DNA from: Clostridia bacterium
GTDB lineage: Bacteria; Bacillota; Clostridia; Peptostreptococcales; Anaerovoracaceae
NCBI GenBank assembly: GCA_030537495.1
Contig: JAUNMH010000004.1
Coordinates: 28,509 to 92,508, forward strand
DNA: 64,000 nt
Reading direction: 5' to 3'
The notes beneath the pieces were generated by a model that worked only from the letters and a program-made list of their open reading frames with translations, ran no database searches and had not been told where the DNA came from. Shown piece by piece: positions 1 to 8,988 of this stretch. A program made the position numbers and the translations under genes. The stretch's first letter is position 1, and the number at the start of each line of letters is the position of its first letter.

Positions 1-305
1 TGCTTCAAGTACTCTCTAGCAAAGTCATACATTTCGAAACAGCTGTCCTCGCAGCTACGATTTCTCATCTGCTTAAAATCCAAGTCCGCTAAGCATAAGT
101 GCGCGTGCAAGTCAAAGAAACCAGGTAGCAATGTGCCGCCCTCCGCGTCAACTACCTTAGCATCTCTAGCCTCAGAAGTGCCAGCAACCTCAATGCGTTC
201 AATTGTATACGCGTCAGACACCCACACGTCAGCAAGCTGATCTACATCCAAACTAACTCCTTCTGTTAATTCCGGAATCAATCTACAATTCTTAAATAAA
301 ATCAT
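1..305 (-). CDS. Amidohydrolase-family metalloenzyme, N-terminal part (runs off the window edge)
   Basis: Manual translation of the minus strand from ATG at 305: MILFKNCRLIPELTEG...VVDAEGGTLLPGFFDLHAHL, carrying the PGxxDxHxH motif. Not in the ORF track. Confidence 0.85.
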   Translation of the reverse strand, partial: MILFKNCRLIPELTEGVSLDVDQLADVWVSDAYTIERIEVAGTSEARDAKVVDAEGGTLLPGFFDLHAHLCLADLDFKQMRNRSCEDSCFEMYDFAREYLK

Positions 306-381
306 TAAATTATACCGCCCTTCCCTGATTTTAAGAAACTATTTATATTGAATTCATATTAACAGAAACAGTTTTCCCTGC

Positions 382-453
382 AAGTACCATTCTTAGAAAA
401 CTGGAATAGTCCAAGAAAAATTTCGGACTATTCAACTTATTTTTTTGGTACTT
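382..453. promoter_or_regulatory. Nested inverted repeats in the divergent promoter region; candidate MocR operator
   Basis: GAATAGTCC (404-412) and GGACTATTC (425-433), flanked by AAGTACCA (382) and TGGTACTT (446). A MocR gene lies just downstream. Confidence 0.4.
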
Positions 454-553
454 ACTGTGGAGCATAATATTCAATATAATAAAGGCAGAAATTATCTTTA
501 TGCAGCAACTATATATTTTATTCTAAATGCTGCAATCACTAGGAGGAAAACTT

Positions 554-1948
554 ATGGAAAAGAAAAAGAAGAAATTTGAGCCGAATGCCTTCGTCATTAT
601 CTTCGGAATTATGGTTTTCTGTGCAATCTTAACATGGATTATCCCTGCCGGACAGTTCGAAACAGCATTCGACGAAGTAACAGGCAGAGACCTTGTTGTT
701 CCAGGAACTTACCACCAGATAGCTAGTACGCCAGTTGGACCTTGGAAACTTGTAACATCACTGTTTGATGGTTTTGTTGATGCCGCAGACATCATGTTCT
801 TCATCGTTTTCGCATCATCTTATGTATATGTACTTACTAAGAGCAATGCAATGAACGCTATGACAGGTGCAATGTTACGTAAGATTGGATCACACGACAA
901 CCTGATTATCCCAATCTTCATGACATTCTTCGCAATCGGTGGTACAACATTCGGTATGTTCGAAGAAACTTACGCTCTAATTCCAGCGTTTATCGTTATA
1001 GCTATTACACTTGGATACGACCGTATCGTCGGTGGTGCCATCGTTTACCTGGGTATCTCTGTCGGCTTCTCAGCTGCAATCCTTAACCCATTCACAATCG
1101 GTGTAGCATCCGACGTTGCTAACGTACCGCTTGTAGGAACTAAGATTACTATCTTCCGTACAGTTGCTTTCGTTCTGTTCTTAGCACTGACTATCGGATA
1201 TCTGATGCATTATGCAAGCAAGATAAAGAAAGATCCTACAAAGAGTATTCTTTATGGACACAAGGAAGATATTACAGGTCTGCTAACTCGTGAAGAATGT
1301 ATGGAAGTTGAATTTACAACTGTGCATAAGATTTCTATGCTTGGCTTCGTTCTTCTTATTGCTATCCTTGTTTGGGGTATCATTAAGTAGGGATGGTGGT
1401 TAGGTGAAATCGCATCACTGTTCTTTGTATTCATGCTAATCACTGCATTCATCAACAAGATGACTCCAAATGAAATTGCAGAAACATTCGTAGAATCTAC
1501 AAGAGCAGCTATGTACGGAGTTCTTCTAGTAGGATTCTCAAGAGGTATCTCAATGGTAATGGCAGCTGGTTCAATTATCGACACAGTTGTTTATGCTCTA
1601 GGAAATGTAGTAGGAACACTTCCAACAACATTAACTGGTATCGGAATGCTAATCGTTCAGAACTTAATCAACTTCTTCATTCCATCCGGTTCAGGACAGG
1701 CAGTTGTTATGATGCCAATTATGGCTCCACTTGCTGACGTTGTAGGAATGAGCCGTGAAATGTCCGTAATGGCATTCCAGTTCGGTGACGGTTTCTCCAA
1801 CATGATCTGGCCAACTGCAGTTGCTACAGAATGTGGAATCATGGGACTTTCCCTTGGACACTGGTATAAGTTTGTTTTGAAGCTATTTGGAATGATGTTC
1901 GTTCTACAGTGCATCCTAATGGTTGTAGGTGTTCTTATCGGAATCTAA
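554..1948 (+). pseudogene. YfcC/ArcD-like transporter interrupted by a single in-frame TAG (1388-1390); pseudogene or readthrough
   Basis: AGGAGG RBS before ATG 554. ORFs 527..1390 and 1433..1948 share a frame: ...WGIIK*GWWLGEIASLF... Family motifs include NPFTIGVA, FFIPSGSGQA and FQFGDGFSN. Confidence 0.8.
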
Positions 1949-2022
1949 TGCAAGCAGAACACAATGCAAATTAACAGTGGAATTTTTATGAAAACTGAAT
2001 TATAATTAATTAAAAGAAAAAG

Positions 2023-2066
2023 ACAGGGCCCATTGCGTCGAAGGAATAAATTCGATTCGGCCCTGT
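2023..2066 (+). terminator. Probable intrinsic terminator after yfcC
   Basis: ACAGGGCC...GGCCCTGT stem with inner TCGAA/TTCGA hairpin, followed by TTGTTT. Confidence 0.55.
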
Positions 2067-2122
2067 TTGTTTATATGATTAGAAATATATTAACTTAGTA
2101 AGTTCAGGGGAGTGATGTTTTT

Positions 2123-3631
2123 ATGAATATAAAGATCAACCGGAACAGTGAAACACCGATTTATCTTCAGATTAAAGCAAGAATTATTAAGCTAATTACA
2201 TCACGTGAATTAGTTTCGGGGTATAAGTTGCCTTCAGAAAGAAAGCTGGCAGAAGAGCTGGGCGTGCATCGTAACACCATTGTCAAAGCATACAGTGAGC
2301 TAACCTGTGAAGGATATATATATGCATCTAGAAAGTCTCCTAAGGGATATTTCGTAACAGAGGCTCAGGATGCCCACAGCTTTACAGGGCGTTTCTTCCC
2401 TTTAGAAAAGCTCATACAGTATGACTTCAGTGAAAGAGAAAAGATATTCCTGGAAATTTTCGCTAATTCAGAAAATAAAGACTATATATCCATGGGTGGC
2501 CTGGTTATGAACAGCGACGGTTATCCCATAGACCATATTGCTGACCTTGCTCCAGGCATGTTTCATACTAGAGAAGATGAAACAGATCGTCTTAAAGGCA
2601 ACATCTGCAAACTGCTCTCAGAAGAAAATATATATGTAAGCAAGAAAAATATTCAAGTCGTATCAGAAACCAATCAGGCCATTGGATTTCTAATGGATTT
2701 ATTCCTTCACGACGGAGACTGCATAATTGCAGAAGAACCAATTGTACCGGACAATGTTTCACTTTTCAGGCTAAAGCGTCTGAAGCTGGTAACGGTGCCT
2801 ATGGAAAAAGACGGTATGGATTTAGTAGCTCTGGAGGCTTTGATCGCCAAACATAAGCCGAAATTCATTTATACCATACCGAACGGCCACAATCCGTCGG
2901 CTGTGACTATGTCTTTGGAGAAGAGACTTAAGCTCCTGGAAATTACGCAGCGGTGCGGAATTCCAATTATCGAGGAAGACTCCTTAAGAGAGTTTCGATA
3001 TACGGAGCAGCATATTCCGAGCCTCTTTGCATTGGACAAGCACAATTCCGTAATCTATCTTCACTCCTTTACTTTGACCATGCCTTACGGTGTGGGCACC
3101 GGTTACGTTGTAGGGCCTCAGGATTTGGCCGACGAGCTGGGAAGATGCATTATGGTTAACGGCTATGATTTAAAAAATGATAACCATTATCTGCTTAATG
3201 AATATATTGAGCGCGGTTATTTTAACCAGCACGCCGAATGGCTAGCCGGCTATTTCAAAGACCGCCGAGACTTCATGATTAAAGAGCTTGAGACTATTCG
3301 CCACAAAGGCATCGACTGGGATGTACCGCCTACAGGGCTTATAATCTGGTGCCGACTTGCCGACAACATTAAGGAACGCAGACTTTACCAAATTGCCCGC
3401 AGTAAAGGCTTGCTGATAATGCCCGGCTTTCTCTTCTATCCTCAGGGATATCAAGGATGCGGACATCTTCGTCTGTCATTTTCAGGATGCTCCGAAGACG
3501 AGATTCGCGATGGTGTTCGCATACTAGGTGAGGCTCTCGACCAGTGCGCCAAGGAATATGCACAAGAGCACAGTCAGGAACACGGACAAGAACACGATCA
3601 AAACCACCAACCCGAATATATAGAAGAATAG
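2123..3631 (+). CDS. MocR/GabR-family regulator (GntR wHTH + PLP aminotransferase domain)
   Basis: N-terminal PIYLQI...LPSERKLAEELGVHRNT, then YTIPNGHNP, IIEEDS and LRLSFS. Has a low-complexity C-terminal tail. Confidence 0.93.
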   Translation: MNIKINRNSETPIYLQIKARIIKLITSRELVSGYKLPSERKLAEELGVHRNTIVKAYSELTCEGYIYASRKSPKGYFVTEAQDAHSFTGRFFPLEKLIQYDFSEREKIFLEIFANSENKDYISMGGLVMNSDGYPIDHIADLAPGMFHTREDETDRLKGNICKLLSEENIYVSKKNIQVVSETNQAIGFLMDLFLHDGDCIIAEEPIVPDNVSLFRLKRLKLVTVPMEKDGMDLVALEALIAKHKPKFIYTIPNGHNPSAVTMSLEKRLKLLEITQRCGIPIIEEDSLREFRYTEQHIPSLFALDKHNSVIYLHSFTLTMPYGVGTGYVVGPQDLADELGRCIMVNGYDLKNDNHYLLNEYIERGYFNQHAEWLAGYFKDRRDFMIKELETIRHKGIDWDVPPTGLIIWCRLADNIKERRLYQIARSKGLLIMPGFLFYPQGYQGCGHLRLSFSGCSEDEIRDGVRILGEALDQCAKEYAQEHSQEHGQEHDQNHQPEYIEE

Positions 3632-3644
3632 ATAAAATAAGCTA

Positions 3645-3685
3645 AAAAATGCGCCCAGTTGTATCAAGTTACTGCGCGCATTTTT
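3645..3685. terminator. Bidirectional terminator between convergent mocR and yitT
   Basis: AAAAATGCGC...GCGCATTTTT. Confidence 0.7.
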
Positions 3686-3753
3686 ATTTTCATATTTTTT
3701 ATTTCGCCATGCGTTCTATAGTCCTATTGCTCAGCTCTATAGTGTTCAGCGCC

Positions 3754-4560
3754 CTAGTCTTCAACATCGTCATCATCGTGAATTGTCGATGTCAAGTTAG
3801 TGCTTTCAAAACCCAAACCGATAATTTCTGTAGCTGATGACTGTATAACAAAGGCTGTACGGTCATATCTATGTACAACTGCCTTTAAGCGAGGCACCTC
3901 TGAAGGCTTGATCACAACGAAAAGAATCTTTTTATCCTCATGGGAATACAGCCCTTCTCCATCAAGTAGTGTAGCCCCTCTTTCCATATCAGCTAGAATT
4001 GCATTGCTAATCTTGTCTAGATTCTTATTGGCAAAGATGTAGAACACACAAGCTTTGTTGAAACCACTGTTTAGCTTGTCTGTTACAATAGCAGCTACGG
4101 CAATTGCAAGAATCGCATAGATACCTGCTCCGATGTTTCTATAAACACAGATGGCAAGAACTACAATGGATCCATCAATCATCATCATCATCTGACCTAC
4201 AGTGATGGTTTTGAATTTAGTGATTAGAAGTTTTGCCAATAAATCCGTTCCGCCTGTGGAGATTCCCGCTCTTATGGAGAAATACGATGAAACTCCATAT
4301 AAAATTCCTCCACAAACTACGGCAACAATCTTATCCTCCGACAAACAAGGCAGAAATGCAAAAGCATCAACAATTGTAGAATATACCGCTACTACAAATA
4401 CTGTGGTAAAAACATACCTTTTCCCTTTAATGGTCATTCCCCATAGCACAATAGGTAAATTGAGTATGAATACCGTTAAGCCAACAGGGAAATTGAAAAA
4501 GTAATTTACAACCGTACCGATTCCGGCAAGGCCTCCCGCTGCAATGTTATTACCTACCAT
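3754..4560 (-). CDS. YitT/YczE-family membrane protein (DUF2179 C-terminus)
   Basis: AGGLAGI, STGGTDLLA, RGATLLDGEGLYS and FVIQSSATEIIGLGF motifs. Confidence 0.9.
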   Translation of the reverse strand: MVGNNIAAGGLAGIGTVVNYFFNFPVGLTVFILNLPIVLWGMTIKGKRYVFTTVFVVAVYSTIVDAFAFLPCLSEDKIVAVVCGGILYGVSSYFSIRAGISTGGTDLLAKLLITKFKTITVGQMMMMIDGSIVVLAICVYRNIGAGIYAILAIAVAAIVTDKLNSGFNKACVFYIFANKNLDKISNAILADMERGATLLDGEGLYSHEDKKILFVVIKPSEVPRLKAVVHRYDRTAFVIQSSATEIIGLGFESTNLTSTIHDDDDVED

Positions 4561-4584
4561 TTTTTGATATTAATTTTTCTATTT

Positions 4585-4923
4585 CTACTTGTCATCCTTG
4601 AAAATATCCCAGTCGTGGTTCACATATAAGGATTCGTCAATGTACCTTTTCTGAACATCCCACCATGCATCATTTCCCCATTCGATATCCTCTTCAGGTG
4701 GCATCGGGTCACTGAAAGTCTTAAATTCATAAGGGTCGTACTTCGGTTTTTCAATGTTATCATTTTGCTGCTGTTGAGGCTGTTCTTTCTGCCTTTTACT
4801 GCCGACAAGGAAGCTGAAAACCTTGCAAATATCCTCGAGCATACTAGCAAATATATCCATCAGTGCCCCAAGAACGAAAAGCACAATACATATTTTTATC
4901 AAAAACCAAAGCATGAAATTCAC
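4585..4923 (-). CDS. Hypothetical protein with an N-terminal TM segment and acidic, Trp-rich C-terminus
   Basis: 112-aa ORF with GTG start and GAAAGAG RBS, filling the hutG-yitT gap in the same orientation. Confidence 0.6.
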   Translation of the reverse strand: MNFMLWFLIKICIVLFVLGALMDIFASMLEDICKVFSFLVGSKRQKEQPQQQQNDNIEKPKYDPYEFKTFSDPMPPEEDIEWGNDAWWDVQKRYIDESLYVNHDWDIFKDDK

Positions 4924-4934
4924 CTCTTTCCGAG

Positions 4935-5954
4935 CTAGTCAAAATCAATAATAAGTAAGTCGTTAAGTTTGCACAATGTGTTTACCACCGTGAATATAAT
5001 TACGGCTCCTAGTTTCGCCGTTGTGTCGTCCTGGTCGAATCTCGGCGAGATTTCGCATATATCAAAACCTCTAACCTTGCGTGTACGCAGTACGTGCTTA
5101 ATAATTGGCAAAACAGCCTCTGGCTCAAGGCCCAGTGCCTGTGTAGCACTAACTCCTGGCGCGTAAGCCGCTGAAAAGACATCTGTGCAAATTGTCATAT
5201 AAGCGGAATTGCAGTTAAACAGGAAGGTATCTATCTTTTCCAGGATTATAGCATATGTGGAATTCTGAATTTCCTTAGCCAGAATGTAGTTAACATTGTT
5301 TTCCTGAGCATATCTAAATAAGCTAACAGTATTTCCGTGCTTCTGAATTCCCAGAGGCAAATAGCGATATGGTACATTCTCTTTTTTGTAAATATCTGCA
5401 ATCTGTCTAAACATTGACCCTGAAGATGGTCCATTACCGTAAGGTCTAAGGTCAAAGTGAGCGTCGAAGTTGATTATCCCCATATTAAGAGATTCTTTCT
5501 TCGCCTTAAGGTCAGCAAACTGCCCCTGGAAATGTCCAAAAGTTGTCTCATGACCTCCACCTAGGACAATTGGGAATAAATCAAGAGCAAGGATTTTTTC
5601 TACTGCTTCCCCTAGGATTTTCTGGCCTTCCTCCATGGAAATCTCATCGCAGAGAATATCTCCTGTGTCATAAAGTTTTACCTTTGAATCGAAGGTGCAA
5701 GGCAGGTTGGACATCTGTCTTCTGATAAAATCAGGTGCAAGAGCTGTACCAACACGTCCCTTATTTCTCTTTACACCCTGTTCACTGCAAAATCCGATAA
5801 AAGCAAAACCATATTCACATAAAGGCGTCTCGTATTCTTTATTTAAGTCTAGAGGCTGTACCCACTGATGCCATCTAAAAGCCTCATAGTCATCTGTAGT
5901 ATCTACTCTCCCCTTCCAGTGCTCCATGGCACTGACGTAATTCTTTAGTTCCAA
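4935..5954 (-). CDS. hutG: Formimidoylglutamase (arginase/ureohydrolase family)
   Basis: GVKRNKGRVG, LGGGHET, NFDAHFDLR, TICTDVF and DICEISPRFD motifs. Confidence 0.88.
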   Translation of the reverse strand: MELKNYVSAMEHWKGRVDTTDDYEAFRWHQWVQPLDLNKEYETPLCEYGFAFIGFCSEQGVKRNKGRVGTALAPDFIRRQMSNLPCTFDSKVKLYDTGDILCDEISMEEGQKILGEAVEKILALDLFPIVLGGGHETTFGHFQGQFADLKAKKESLNMGIINFDAHFDLRPYGNGPSSGSMFRQIADIYKKENVPYRYLPLGIQKHGNTVSLFRYAQENNVNYILAKEIQNSTYAIILEKIDTFLFNCNSAYMTICTDVFSAAYAPGVSATQALGLEPEAVLPIIKHVLRTRKVRGFDICEISPRFDQDDTTAKLGAVIIFTVVNTLCKLNDLLIIDFD

Positions 5955-6123
5955 GCAAATTCCCCTCTTTCCATAGTCGCAAATTCTAATCGTGTCTCAT
6001 TATGAAAAATTATATCATTTTTTGGTCTAGATAACAACTCCCTCTGTACACCAAGTGGGTTTTGATTTATAATTTAAAAGGTTATATTTTTGTGACAAAA
6101 TTAATTACAGTGGAGGTGTTAAA

Positions 6124-7515
6124 GTGAAGATTTTTGATAACCGAGTGCAAAAGATAAAGTATGAAGTGCTTAGAGAACTGGCCCGTCATACCTGGAACGG
6201 TGAAGACGCTTTTACTGCTTTTAATGCTATTGCCAGCAGTATTATAAAGAAGGGCGAACCGCCTATGAGATGCTGCATTTACAAGGATAGAGCAATTATT
6301 GCAGATAGAATGAGAGTAGGTCTGGGCAAATGTCTCGACAGCAAGGGGATTATTCAGGTAGTAACTATTGCTTGCGATGAATGCCCTCAGTCCGGACACA
6401 GCGTAACCGACATGTGCAGAGGCTGTATAGCAAAGAGCTGTAAGGAGAATTGCCCTGTAGATGCCATTTTTATTGACGAAAAGAAAAAAGCACATATTGA
6501 TAAAGAAAAGTGTATAGAATGCGGTAAATGCGCAGAAATGTGCCAGTACAACGCAATTACAAACCTCAGAAGACCTTGTGAAAAGGCCTGCCCTACAAAT
6601 GCGGTTTCTGCCGATGAAGAAGGTGCAGCTTCTATTGATAGAGAAAAATGCATAGCTTGCGGAGAATGCGTATGGAAGTGCCCATTTGGTGCCATTCAGG
6701 ACATTTCTTCCATAGTAGATGTGGTTAACGAGCTGAGAGATGAAAATAATAAGGTTTACGCAATTATTGCGCCTTCCATAGTGACTCAGTTCAGCCAGGC
6801 AAGATTCGCCCAGGTAATAACGGGCATCAAGGAATTAGGTTTTGTTGATGTAGTTGAGGCTGCCATCGGAGCTGACATTGCGGCGAGAGAAGATGCCGAG
6901 GAACTAGCCGAAAAGGGATTCCTGACAAGTTCATGTTGCTCAGCCTTTGTTGAGTACATCAATGTATACTTTCCTGAACTTAAGGACAAAGTTTCCACAG
7001 CACCAAGCCCAATGGCAATTACTGGTAAACTAATTAGGGAAGAACATCCAGATGCAAAGGTAGTCTTCATCGGACCTTGTATTTCCAAGAAGTACGAAGT
7101 TTACAAGGAGGGTGTCAGAGAATACGTTGACTACGTTATTACCTTTGAAGAACTTCAGGCTATGTTCGACGCAAGAGATATCGACCTTGCATCTCTTGAG
7201 ATGACTGATATTCAGGGCGGTTCTTTCTACGGAAGAGGCTTCCCTATTTCCGGTGGCGTAACTAAGGCCGTAGAGGAGGTAATTAAGGAACTGGATCTTG
7301 GCATTGAGTTCAAGCCAATTGTTTGCGATGGCATAAAAGAGTGCAAAGTTGCTCTTACTAAAGCAAAAATCGGCAAGCTGGATGCTAATTTCATAGAAGG
7401 TATGGCCTGCAAGGGTGGCTGCATCTGCGGAAACGGTACACTTATTAATAAGAAAGCTGCCGCTAAGGTCGTAGACAAGTACTCGAATAACGCAGAAAAG
7501 AAAACAATTATATAA
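6124..7515 (+). CDS. Monomeric [FeFe]-hydrogenase (group B-like) with N-terminal ferredoxin-type [4Fe-4S] clusters
   Basis: Several CxxCxxCxxxC motifs. H-cluster motifs TSSCCSAF, GPCISKKYE and EGMACKGGCICG. Confidence 0.88.
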   Translation: MKIFDNRVQKIKYEVLRELARHTWNGEDAFTAFNAIASSIIKKGEPPMRCCIYKDRAIIADRMRVGLGKCLDSKGIIQVVTIACDECPQSGHSVTDMCRGCIAKSCKENCPVDAIFIDEKKKAHIDKEKCIECGKCAEMCQYNAITNLRRPCEKACPTNAVSADEEGAASIDREKCIACGECVWKCPFGAIQDISSIVDVVNELRDENNKVYAIIAPSIVTQFSQARFAQVITGIKELGFVDVVEAAIGADIAAREDAEELAEKGFLTSSCCSAFVEYINVYFPELKDKVSTAPSPMAITGKLIREEHPDAKVVFIGPCISKKYEVYKEGVREYVDYVITFEELQAMFDARDIDLASLEMTDIQGGSFYGRGFPISGGVTKAVEEVIKELDLGIEFKPIVCDGIKECKVALTKAKIGKLDANFIEGMACKGGCICGNGTLINKKAAAKVVDKYSNNAEKKTII

Positions 7516-7568
7516 ATTAATATATAGTAGTTGATTGTTATAGTTTAATTAAAGTTTGGAGGTTTTGG

Positions 7569-8921
7569 ATGAAACAACACGAAGCAATTTATGACGCGCG
7601 CCAGCTTGGCACAGGCAAAATCATGATTCTGGGTCTGCAGCACATGTTTGCCATGTTCGGTGCAACGGTTTTGGTACCGATTATAACAGGGTTAAATATT
7701 TCAACCACCCTGCTTTTTGCCGGACTCGCAACCCTATTCATGCACTTTGTTACTAATAATAAGGTTCCTGTATTCCTAGGCTCTTCCTTCGCCTTCCTAG
7801 GCGGATATGCAGCCGTAAAACAGGCCGGAACAGATGCCGGAATGGACACAGCCCAGGCTCTTTCCTATGCATGTGTAGGTGTGGCCTGCGCAGGACTTCT
7901 GTATCTGGTTCTTTCAGCCATTTGCAAAGCTTGGGGCTCAAACAACGTAATGAAGTATTTCCCGCCTGTTGTGACAGGTCCGATTATTATCGCTATCGGT
8001 CTTAATCTGGCACCGTCAGCAATCAATAGCTGCAGCACAAACTGGTGGATTGCCCTAGTTGCCATTGTCGTAGTTATTGTCTGCAACATTTGGGGAAAAG
8101 GTATGATAAAAATTATACCTATCTTACTTGGTGTTATTGCATCCTATGTGGTAGCAGCTGTTTCAGGAAACGTTGATTTCACAGCAGTTAAAGATGCTGC
8201 TTGGTTCGGACTTCCAATCATATGGAAAAATACAGGTCTCTACGTTCTTACAAGTAGCGAAACCGACTGGGGTATGGTTGTAACCGCTATAATTACCATA
8301 GTTCCAATTGCTTTCGCAACTATGATGGAACACGTCGGCGATATTTCAGCTATCGGTGGCACAGTTGGCAGAAACTACATTAAGGATCCCGGTCTTCACA
8401 GAACCCTGATTGGAGACGGCGTAGGCACTATTATTGCTTCCCTTTTCGGCGCTCCCGCAAACACAACATATGGGGAAAACACCGGCGTCCTTGCCCTTAC
8501 TAAGGTTTACGACCCGCTAGTAATCAAAATTGCTGCATGCTATGCCATTCTGCTGTCATTCTCCCCTAAGTTCGCAGCTGTCATCGAGGTTATGCCAACT
8601 GCAACAATTGGCGGCGTTTCACTAATTCTTTACGGCATGATTTCTGCCATCGGTGTCAGAAACGTGGTGGAGAACAAAACTAACTTCCAGGAGTCAAGAA
8701 ATGTTATCGTAGCAGCCTTGATTTTGGGACTTGCAGTAGGTATCAACTTCTCCGAAGCCGGAGCAATTCCAATCGTAATCGGAGATATTACAATTAACAT
8801 GACAGGGCTTGCAGTTGCATCAATTGTGGGAATCCTGCTTAATGCGATCCTTCCTGGCAAGGATTATCACTTCGTAGAAGAACCTGATGAAACATTAGCT
8901 TCATCACTTGGAAAATACTAA
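7569..8921 (+). CDS. NCS2-family uracil/xanthine permease (UraA/PyrP-like)
   Basis: GLQHMFAMFGAT, FLGSSFAF, EHVGD and PANTTYGEN signatures. Confidence 0.92.
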   Translation: MKQHEAIYDARQLGTGKIMILGLQHMFAMFGATVLVPIITGLNISTTLLFAGLATLFMHFVTNNKVPVFLGSSFAFLGGYAAVKQAGTDAGMDTAQALSYACVGVACAGLLYLVLSAICKAWGSNNVMKYFPPVVTGPIIIAIGLNLAPSAINSCSTNWWIALVAIVVVIVCNIWGKGMIKIIPILLGVIASYVVAAVSGNVDFTAVKDAAWFGLPIIWKNTGLYVLTSSETDWGMVVTAIITIVPIAFATMMEHVGDISAIGGTVGRNYIKDPGLHRTLIGDGVGTIIASLFGAPANTTYGENTGVLALTKVYDPLVIKIAACYAILLSFSPKFAAVIEVMPTATIGGVSLILYGMISAIGVRNVVENKTNFQESRNVIVAALILGLAVGINFSEAGAIPIVIGDITINMTGLAVASIVGILLNAILPGKDYHFVEEPDETLASSLGKY

Positions 8922-8970
8922 AAAGAGACATCCTCAGGAACGTGTATCAAATTCCTGAGGATGTCTCTTT
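8922..8970. terminator. Bidirectional terminator, perfect 19-bp stem
   Basis: AAAGAGACATCCTCAGGAA / TTCCTGAGGATGTCTCTTT between convergent genes. Confidence 0.9.
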
Positions 8971-8988
8971 ATCATGGTTTTTATATAT

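Noticed and set aside
1388-1390. Window-wide reassignment of TAG, or selenocysteine
   Set aside because: The codon is TAG, not TGA. TAG terminates several intact genes here (mocR, hutG, ldcA-like, hpt, cbiO, cbiM).
7516-7568. PyrR attenuator or purine riboswitch before the NCS2 permease
   Set aside because: The gap is only 53 bp and AT-rich, with no recognisable motif.
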